In this document: piece by piece, positions 57,139 to 64,000 of the stretch
Layout of the letters: every line of letters begins with the position of its first letter
How positions within the stretch are numbered: the stretch's first letter is position 1
From: an uncultured Acidobacteriota bacterium
GTDB lineage: Bacteria; Acidobacteriota; Vicinamibacteria; Vicinamibacterales; UBA8438
Reading direction: 5' to 3'
Length of the DNA stretch: 64,000 bases
NCBI GenBank assembly: GCA_913043225.1
Contig: CAJWLU010000003.1
Coordinates: 32,001-96,000, forward strand
Made by a program: the position numbers and the translations under genes
The notes under the pieces: generated by a model
Database searches by the model: none
The model's input: only the letters and a program-made list of their open reading frames with translations
Told to the model about the DNA's origin: nothing

Positions 57139-58679
57139 GCCGTCTGCGCACGAGACTGATCGCGTTGGCGTTGGCCGGGGTCGGTCTAGCCTCGGGTGCG
57201 CGAGCGGCCGTCGACGCGCCACTGGTCGAGGCAGCTTCTCGCGGCGACGCGGGGGCGGTCCGAGTGCTGCTCGACGAGGGAGCGGATCCGGACGAACGCC
57301 AGGGTGATGGCGCCACGGCGTTGCATTGGGCCGTCCACCGGGGCGATGTCTCGATGGTTGAGACGCTTCTGGCGACCGGCGCCACAGTAGACGCCGTCAA
57401 CGAGCTGGAGGTGACGCCGCTGCTCCTCGCCGCGTCGAACGGGCAGGTCGCGGTGGTTGATCGACTACTGGCTGCCGGCGCAGACCCGGAGGGTGGCATA
57501 ACAGACCGCGAGCGTCCCCTCATGCGCGCGGCGTGGGTCGGTAGCACGGCCGTGGTGCGGGCGCTGCTCGACGCTGGCGCCGATCCGAACGGGATGGAGC
57601 CGGCGCGTCAGCAGACTGCGCTCATGTGGGCCGTATCCGAGCGCCATCCCGACGTGGTCCAGCTCCTGCTCGATCGTGGCGCGGACGTCGCCGCTGCCAC
57701 GGTGACGCATCGGACTGGGCGGGCGGCCACACGTGACATCGTAGGCTACACGCCGTTGCTCTTCGCGGCGCGCGTAGGCGATGCCGAGTCACTAAGGCTA
57801 CTGATCGATTTCGGGGCGGATCCCAACGCCGCGTCGAGCGACGGGATGAGCGCGCTGATTCTGGCCACCGTGCGCGGTTATCCGGATGTTGCCATGCAGC
57901 TTCTCGACGCCGGCGCCGATCCGAACGCGGCGGATCCTGGCTATTCGGCTCTGCACTGGGCGGCAGGCTGGTGGGAGACCACACTCACCACCACCGACTT
58001 CCGTCCGGACCGCGAAGGCAACGACGAGTGGAACAGCCTGCCCGGGTTGACCGAAGGGAAGGCCGAGCTGGTCGCGGCGCTCCTGGCTACGGGGGCCGAT
58101 CCGAACTTGCCGATGGAGCGGACGCCACCCAGAGCGGGCGCCACCCGGAATCCCAGCATGCCCGAGCTGCGCGGCGCCACCCCGTATCTGCTGGCCGCCG
58201 CGGCCGGCGACGCGGAGGTGATGCGGCTGCTGGCGGGTGCAGGGGCGGATCTGACGCTGACTACCGACGCCGGCGCTACCCCGTTGATGGCGGCGGCCGG
58301 TTTTGGCCGAATGCTCGGTGAGAACACCGTCGACGAGGAGCGTATTATCGAGGCTGCTCGCCTCGCGCTCGAGCTTGGGGCCGACCTCAGCGCGACCGAC
58401 GAAGTGGAGAACACGGCTTTGCACTACGCGGCGTATCATCGGCTGACGTCACTCGTCGGGCACCTGGTCGAGCAGGGGGCCGTGCTGGGGCAGCGGAATA
58501 AGTTCGGCGAAACGCCGCTTTGGTTGTCTGAGCTCGCGATTCAGTTTTACGGCGGCGGGACATACCAGATCGTGCCCACGGTGACCGGTGATCTCTTGCG
58601 TACCCTAGGCGCCGATCCCACGACGCCGTTCTACGATCGGGCCCGCCCTCGCGACTGGCCCGATCTCCAGCTTCAGTAG
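57135..58679 (+). CDS. Exported ankyrin-repeat protein (cassette 2, downstream)
   Basis: Ankyrin repeats; signal peptide; GTGA overlap with DUF1552 gene. Confidence 0.9.
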   Translation: MSRLRTRLIALALAGVGLASGARAAVDAPLVEAASRGDAGAVRVLLDEGADPDERQGDGATALHWAVHRGDVSMVETLLATGATVDAVNELEVTPLLLAASNGQVAVVDRLLAAGADPEGGITDRERPLMRAAWVGSTAVVRALLDAGADPNGMEPARQQTALMWAVSERHPDVVQLLLDRGADVAAATVTHRTGRAATRDIVGYTPLLFAARVGDAESLRLLIDFGADPNAASSDGMSALILATVRGYPDVAMQLLDAGADPNAADPGYSALHWAAGWWETTLTTTDFRPDREGNDEWNSLPGLTEGKAELVAALLATGADPNLPMERTPPRAGATRNPSMPELRGATPYLLAAAAGDAEVMRLLAGAGADLTLTTDAGATPLMAAAGFGRMLGENTVDEERIIEAARLALELGADLSATDEVENTALHYAAYHRLTSLVGHLVEQGAVLGQRNKFGETPLWLSELAIQFYGGGTYQIVPTVTGDLLRTLGADPTTPFYDRARPRDWPDLQLQ

Positions 58680-58688
58680 CTCATCCCG

Positions 58689-59009
58689 ATGAGTCTCGTG
58701 CGTCCCTTGCTGCACGGCGTGCTGCATGTGGCCGCGCCAGTCGTCCTGGCCTTTGTCGCGTGGCGCTCGACCTGGCGTCGGGCCGCCGCAATCATGCTGA
58801 CCACGCTCCTGGTCGATCTCGACCACTTGCTGGCCGATCCCATCTACGATTCGGACCGCTGCAGCATCGGGACCCACCTGCTGCACACTCCTCTGCCGAT
58901 CGTTGTCTATGTCCTGCTGGCCAGCTGGCCGAAGACCCGTCTGGTCGGGGTCGGGCTGTTGCTTCATATGCTGCTCGACGGTGTTGACTGTTGGTGGGTG
59001 GGGCACTGA
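58689..59009 (+). CDS. DUF6122-like small membrane protein
   Basis: HxxLH, VDLDHLLADPIYD..RCSIG.H.LH and HMLLD. Confidence 0.75.
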   Translation: MSLVRPLLHGVLHVAAPVVLAFVAWRSTWRRAAAIMLTTLLVDLDHLLADPIYDSDRCSIGTHLLHTPLPIVVYVLLASWPKTRLVGVGLLLHMLLDGVDCWWVGH

Positions 59010-59111
59010 GCCGCCCGCCCCTGCCCGTTCGGCACCGCTGACCGAGGGTGCCAGCCGGGGAGAGTGTCCACGATCGGTTGACACCGGTCGCCGCTGCGCG
59101 AGAGCCTTCCG

Positions 59112-60482
59112 ATGGCCGTGGACCAGACATCTCACGTCTCGCCGCTCACTCTTCCCCGGTTCGCGCGGTTCTACGCCCCGCTGGCGGCTACCAGTCTGCT
59201 GCTGACGTTGACCAACCCGCTGCTGGCGAGCGCGCTCTCGCGCAACGTGAATCCGGCCATCGCTCTCGCCGGGTTTGGCGTCGCCTTCTCGTTGTGCGGC
59301 GTCCTCTACAGTCCATTACTGGTAGGGCAGCAGGTGGCCGCGACGCGCCTTCTCGACGGGCACCGGTTTGGTCCGGTCTTGGCGTTCTGGGTTCGGATTG
59401 GCGCACTGCTGTCGGTCGTGACACTGTTGATCGGAACGACCCGCTTGGGCGATTGGGTGCTCGGCGGCCTAATCGGCGTTTCGGGCGACGTCTTCGAGGA
59501 GGCCAGCACCGCGCTCCTGCTGCTGTCGCCGGTCCCAGTGTTGACGGCGGTCCGGGCGGCTCACCAGGGACGATTGGTGGCCGGGCATCGGACCCAGCCG
59601 ATTGCGGCGGCGACCGGAGTCCGTACCGCGGTCCTGGCGTTGGTGGCGGTCTCGCTGACCCTGCTCACATCGGGTGGGGCCTGGGTGGGTGGCGCGGCGT
59701 TCTCGGTGGGGCTGTTGGTCGAGACGGTGCTGGTGGTATTGGCCCGGTCCGGGGTTGGTGCTCCGGCCGGTCCGGTGGCTTCCGAAGAGGGAGCCCTAGG
59801 GGTGAGCGAAGCGAGGCTACTCCGTTTTTCGACGCCGCTCGCGGTGAACACCCTACTCTGGTGGAGCACGCCGCTCCTGATCAACAGCGTGCTCGCACGT
59901 TCTCCGTTCCCGGCTGAGGCGATCGCGGCGTTCATCGTGGTCGAAGCGGTGGCTTGGTTTCTGGTGGCTCCGGTGGGCCAACTGCAGCACGTGGGCATCG
60001 CGCTCGTCGACTGTAAGCCGGCCCACCGTGCCGTGCAGATGTGGTCCCTTGCCCTGGCGATGGGGGTCGCGCTGCTGATTGCGGTGATCTCTACGCCTCC
60101 GGTGCGGCGCACCCTGCTCGGGGCGGTGTTTGGCCTCGACGCCGGCCTGCTCGGTGACATCGGGGCGGCGTTGCCGTTTGCCGTGGCCTATCCGCTACTC
60201 TACGCCCACCGGCAGTACTACCAGGGGCTCTTCACCCGCTGCGGGCGCCCCGACGCCGTCGGATGGGGTGGGGCGCTCCGGGTGGTGACGGTCTTCCTGG
60301 TGGCGGTGGCGGCGCTCGGGCCGCTCGGCCACGTGGGAGCCACGCTGGGGGTTTTGGCCGCGGTCGCCGGCCTGGCCCTGGAAGGCGTGTTTCTTGAACG
60401 CACGGCGCGGCGGCAGGTGATGACGGTCCTCCCGGAGTCTGAACCGGCTGTCCGGCAGCCGCTGTCGGAGAGCGTGACATGA
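59112..60482 (+). CDS. MATE/MOP-superfamily (ANKH-like) multi-TM transporter
   Basis: Two similar halves beginning RFYAPLA and RFSTPLA; about 12 hydrophobic segments. Confidence 0.65.
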   Translation: MAVDQTSHVSPLTLPRFARFYAPLAATSLLLTLTNPLLASALSRNVNPAIALAGFGVAFSLCGVLYSPLLVGQQVAATRLLDGHRFGPVLAFWVRIGALLSVVTLLIGTTRLGDWVLGGLIGVSGDVFEEASTALLLLSPVPVLTAVRAAHQGRLVAGHRTQPIAAATGVRTAVLALVAVSLTLLTSGGAWVGGAAFSVGLLVETVLVVLARSGVGAPAGPVASEEGALGVSEARLLRFSTPLAVNTLLWWSTPLLINSVLARSPFPAEAIAAFIVVEAVAWFLVAPVGQLQHVGIALVDCKPAHRAVQMWSLALAMGVALLIAVISTPPVRRTLLGAVFGLDAGLLGDIGAALPFAVAYPLLYAHRQYYQGLFTRCGRPDAVGWGGALRVVTVFLVAVAALGPLGHVGATLGVLAAVAGLALEGVFLERTARRQVMTVLPESEPAVRQPLSESVT

Positions 60483-61156
60483 AGTTTTCCGAGGCCAGTC
60501 GATCTTGCGGACGACGGTTCATGGCCGTCGTGACCACCATGCTTGCGATCGGATGCGGAGCGCCGGCCTCCGTTCCGCCGACCGACAACACCGTCCAGAG
60601 CCATCTGCCCGACGGCTATGCGCTGCGTCTCGATCGGCCGAATCGCCAGCGCAGCGATTTCGGCGCCTCGTTCGAGGCGGGGCGCCTGGAGATCGAGACC
60701 GGGCCGGCCGGCATCCTCTATGAGCCCGACCGAGAGATCGAAGCGTCGAGTTTCCGAGTGGGGGCGACTTTTACCCAGCTCGCGGCGCCCATGGGGCATC
60801 GGGAGGGGTACGGGTTGTTCGTGGGAGGGCAGGGTCTGGCCGGGCCTGATCAGCGTTACTTGTATTTCCTGGTGCGTGCCGATGGCCGGTATCTCGTGAA
60901 GCGTCGCGACGGGGAGCGCACCACCGAGCTTTCTGGCGGCTGGCAACCGTCAGAGGCGGTCAGTGTGCCAGCCGAGCCGGGGGCCGAGGTCATGAACGAC
61001 CTGGCGGTGGAGGCGACCGATGGACGGCTGCGACTGTTATGCAACGGCGAGACGGTGGCTGAGCTGGCGGTCGAACCGGCCGATGTGACCGGGGTGTTCG
61101 GGGTGCGAGTGAACCACAACCTACGGGTGCGTGTGGACGATTTCGGTACTCGATGA
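60479..61156 (+). CDS. Putative lipoprotein, ConA/DUF1080-like beta-sandwich
   Basis: LAIGC lipobox; HREGYGLFVGG, YLYFLVR and GVRVNHNL; start may be 60521. Confidence 0.6.
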   Translation: MKFSEASRSCGRRFMAVVTTMLAIGCGAPASVPPTDNTVQSHLPDGYALRLDRPNRQRSDFGASFEAGRLEIETGPAGILYEPDREIEASSFRVGATFTQLAAPMGHREGYGLFVGGQGLAGPDQRYLYFLVRADGRYLVKRRDGERTTELSGGWQPSEAVSVPAEPGAEVMNDLAVEATDGRLRLLCNGETVAELAVEPADVTGVFGVRVNHNLRVRVDDFGTR

Positions 61157-61232
61157 GTTGCCCGCCTCCCCGGTGTTGCGCCCGGTGGTGGCGGTATACT
61201 GAAACCCGACGGTACAACAGCAGGAGGACGTC

Positions 61233-63632
61233 ATGCACGCGCGACTCGCGGTGATCGCGGCGGTGGCGGCCGGCCTCGTGGCGCCGGACGCCGGGTGGCT
61301 CGGGATCCAGGCCGCCGGACAGCCATCCGTAGAGGTGCCCTCGCGCGCCCTCCTCGATCAGTACTGCGTCACCTGTCACAACGACCGTCTGCAGACCGCC
61401 GAGCTGTCGCTCGATGGCGTGGACGTCTCGGATCCGGCCGCGCATCGTGACGTGCTCGAACGGGTCGTACGGAAGCTCCGTAAGGGGCAGATGCCGCCCG
61501 AGGGCCGTCCTCGACCGCCGGCGGACCAGATCGAACAGTTCGTGAGCCGGCTCGAAGTGTCACTGGATCGGGTGGCCGAGTCGAGATCCGACCCGGGCCG
61601 CGTGGCGTCCCGCCGGCTCAATCGAGCCGAGTATGTCAGCGTCATCGAGGACCTGCTGGCACTGGAGGTCAATGGCGAGGAGCTTCTGCCGTCCGACATG
61701 GCTGGCTTCGGGTTTGACAACAACGCCGAGGTGCTGTCGATCACGCCCGGGCTGATGTCGCGCTATATCGCCGCCGCCACGAAGATCAGTCGGGCGGCGA
61801 TCGGGAGTCCGGACATCCGTCCGGTGATGCAGCTCTACGAATTGGGCTACGAGCGCCGCGACGTCCGGGCCGGCGAGGCTCTGCCGTTCGCGACCCATGG
61901 TGGTCTGGCCGTTCGGCATCACTTCCCCCTGGACGGGGAGTATCTGTTCGCCATCCGCCTGAAGCGGAACGAGACCATCGAGACGATCGACGGTATCGCC
62001 GAGGACGAGCATCAGATCGAGCTGCGCATCGACCACGCGCTGGTCGAGCAGTTTGCCATCGGCGGTCGCTATCCTGGGCCGGATCCAGGGCAGCTCATCG
62101 CGGTGCCCGAGGATGACGTCGAGGGGCAGCGGCTCCATGAGTATCGGATGACGGCCGACCACGCGCTCGAACTCCGCGTCCCGGTCGAGGCGGGTACCCG
62201 GCTGGTGTCGGTGTCTTTCACCGATGCTGCCCCGTCACCTCATCCCAGCCCGCAGCTGCCAGGCATCGACAAGGTCTTCGTGTCGGGCCCCTTCGATGGT
62301 CGGGTGCCCGAGGACACGCCGAGTCGTCGTCGCATCTTTGTCTGCCAGCCTGAATCGGCGGTCGACGAAGAGCCGTGCGCGCGACAGATTCTGGCGTCGC
62401 TTGCGCGGCGAGCCTATCGACGGCCGGTGCAGACCGAGGACATCGATCCGCTCCTGGGGCTCTATCGTGAGGGTCGTGTAGAGCGGGACTTCGAGTTTGG
62501 GATCGAGCGGGCCCTCGAGGCGCTGCTCGCGATGCCCGAGTTCCTCATGCGGATAGAGGAGCATCCGGTGGACACGGCGCCGGGTGGGGTGTATCCGGTC
62601 AGCGATTTAGAGCTAGCCACCCGCCTGTCTTTCTTCCTCTGGAAGAGTCTTCCGGACGAGGAGCTGCTCGGGCTGGCTGAGGAGGGCCGGCTGCGAGAGT
62701 CTGGGGTGCTCGCGGCGCAGGTGGCCCGGATGCTTGGGGACGAGCGGGCCACGCGGTTCATGCACGACTTCGCCGGTCAGTGGCTGCACCTCCGCAACAT
62801 CGACGACCAGGCGCCAGACGGGGCACTCTTTGCCGGGTTCAATGATTCGCTGCGGAAGGCCATGGTCACCGAGACCCAGCTGTTCTTCCGTAGCCAGGTG
62901 AGCGCCGATCGACCGGTCACCGAGCTCCTGTCAGCTAATTACACGTTCCTGAATGAGCAACTCGCCCGCCACTACGGTGTCGATGATTTGTATGGCAGCC
63001 ACTTCCGCCGTTACGAGTGGCAGGACGATCGGCGTCACGGGCTCCTTGGCCAGGCCAGTTTGTTGACCGTGACCTCCTACGCCAACCGTACCTCGGTGGT
63101 GCTGCGCGGGCTGTGGGTGCTCGAGACGCTGCTGGGCGCGCCCCCGCCGCCCCCCCCGCCCAACGTGCCGCCGTTGCCTGAGAGCGACCGTCGAGCCCCC
63201 ACGTCGCTGCGGGAACGGATGGAGCAGCACCGGGCGAGCCCCGTGTGCGCCTCCTGTCACACGCAGATGGATCCGCTCGGGTTCGCCCTCGAGCACTACG
63301 ACGCGATCGGCCGATGGCGGGAGACCGACGGCGGAGCGCCAATCAACGCCACGATCACCTGGCAGGGAGACACCATCGACAGCCCGCGCGCGTTCCGGGA
63401 GATGCTGCTCGGATCCGGCGATGAAGTCGTACGCACGATTACCGAGAAGCTGATGACCTACGCGCTCGGTCGCGGAGTGGATCATGCCGATGCCCCCGCG
63501 GTGCGCCGGATCGTGCGGGAGCTTGCCGCCTCTGATCACCGCTGGTCCGCTTTGGTGCTCGGGATTGTCGAGAGCGATCAGTTCCAGCGGCGCCGTGCCC
63601 CGGAAGCCGTCGACGCGACCGCCGCCCAGTAG
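61233..63632 (+). CDS. DUF1592-type di-heme c protein (cassette 3)
   Basis: YCVTCH...MPP; ELATRLSFFLW; CASCH..MDPLGF; AGGAGG RBS. Confidence 0.9.
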   Translation: MHARLAVIAAVAAGLVAPDAGWLGIQAAGQPSVEVPSRALLDQYCVTCHNDRLQTAELSLDGVDVSDPAAHRDVLERVVRKLRKGQMPPEGRPRPPADQIEQFVSRLEVSLDRVAESRSDPGRVASRRLNRAEYVSVIEDLLALEVNGEELLPSDMAGFGFDNNAEVLSITPGLMSRYIAAATKISRAAIGSPDIRPVMQLYELGYERRDVRAGEALPFATHGGLAVRHHFPLDGEYLFAIRLKRNETIETIDGIAEDEHQIELRIDHALVEQFAIGGRYPGPDPGQLIAVPEDDVEGQRLHEYRMTADHALELRVPVEAGTRLVSVSFTDAAPSPHPSPQLPGIDKVFVSGPFDGRVPEDTPSRRRIFVCQPESAVDEEPCARQILASLARRAYRRPVQTEDIDPLLGLYREGRVERDFEFGIERALEALLAMPEFLMRIEEHPVDTAPGGVYPVSDLELATRLSFFLWKSLPDEELLGLAEEGRLRESGVLAAQVARMLGDERATRFMHDFAGQWLHLRNIDDQAPDGALFAGFNDSLRKAMVTETQLFFRSQVSADRPVTELLSANYTFLNEQLARHYGVDDLYGSHFRRYEWQDDRRHGLLGQASLLTVTSYANRTSVVLRGLWVLETLLGAPPPPPPPNVPPLPESDRRAPTSLRERMEQHRASPVCASCHTQMDPLGFALEHYDAIGRWRETDGGAPINATITWQGDTIDSPRAFREMLLGSGDEVVRTITEKLMTYALGRGVDHADAPAVRRIVRELAASDHRWSALVLGIVESDQFQRRRAPEAVDATAAQ

Positions 63633-63666
63633 TGTCGGCCGAAAGCAAAAAACTCCGAGTGCAACC

Positions 63667-64000
63667 ATGTTCATCACCAAGACGCATTTGCCCCGCCGGA
63701 CCGTACTTCGCGGACTTGGCGCCAGCCTCGCGCTGCCGCTGCTCGACGGTATGGTACCGGCGCTCACCGCTCAGAGCCGGACGGCCGCCGCACCGGTGAA
63801 ACGGTTCGGCGTGTTCTACGTGCCCAACGGCATGTCGATGCCCTATTGGTACCCGGCCACTGAGGGTCCGCTCGACGAGATGCCGCCGATCTTGCGGTCG
63901 CTTGAGCCGTTTCGCGACCGGGTGTTGATCTGCGGCGGGCTCGACGACGAGTCGGCAAACCTGGTGAAGGGAGGCGGCGACCACGCGCGGTCGGCCGGAA
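63667..64000 (+). CDS. DUF1552 Tat-exported protein (cassette 3), truncated by window end
   Basis: MFITKTHLPRRTVLRGLGASLALPLLDGMVP...FYVPNGM...GGGDHARS; absent from the ORF track because no stop falls in the window. Confidence 0.85.
   Translation, partial: MFITKTHLPRRTVLRGLGASLALPLLDGMVPALTAQSRTAAAPVKRFGVFYVPNGMSMPYWYPATEGPLDEMPPILRSLEPFRDRVLICGGLDDESANLVKGGGDHARSAG

Noticed and set aside
1..64000. CRISPR array, tRNA/rRNA, IS/integrase, defence system or RiPP precursor
   Set aside because: No regularly spaced repeats, cloverleaf, transposase/integrase or nuclease motifs, or precursor-plus-maturase arrangement recognised by eye

Overview
High-GC bacterial window. Gene content suggests Acidobacteriota (Vicinamibacteria-like), but this is inference. 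It holds about 50 CDS, mostly predicted to be exported; I recognised no rRNA, tRNA, CRISPR array or transposase. Recognisable genes: fabI, a form II-type (AYRGAGR) coxS-L-M-like molybdo-flavoprotein, two PQQ-type beta-propeller dehydrogenases, an algI/algJ-like O-acetylation pair plus a second MBOAT, two CaiB/BaiF CoA-transferases, a NitT/TauT-type ABC transporter, an aldo/keto reductase and several hydrolases. The main candidate system is a cassette present three times: a Sec-exported di-heme c DUF1592-type protein plus a Tat-exported DUF1552 (HXXSHH) protein. The two complete copies are flanked by exported ankyrin proteins, and copy 1 is also linked to a heme-c beta-propeller protein. A second expanded family of exported proteins ('PDLxGxW...RC...WEGDTLVVE...EYACHEGNY') occurs six times. 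Two copies are fused to double VOC domains and one is paired with a DUF6152 protein whose mature N-terminus would be His-His. Manual reading also found decayed gene remnants (Tat TIM-barrel, sulfatase N-terminus, AraC HTH), a 9-bp duplication in a DinB metal motif, a dispersed ~50-bp palindromic repeat and a highly structured intergenic element.
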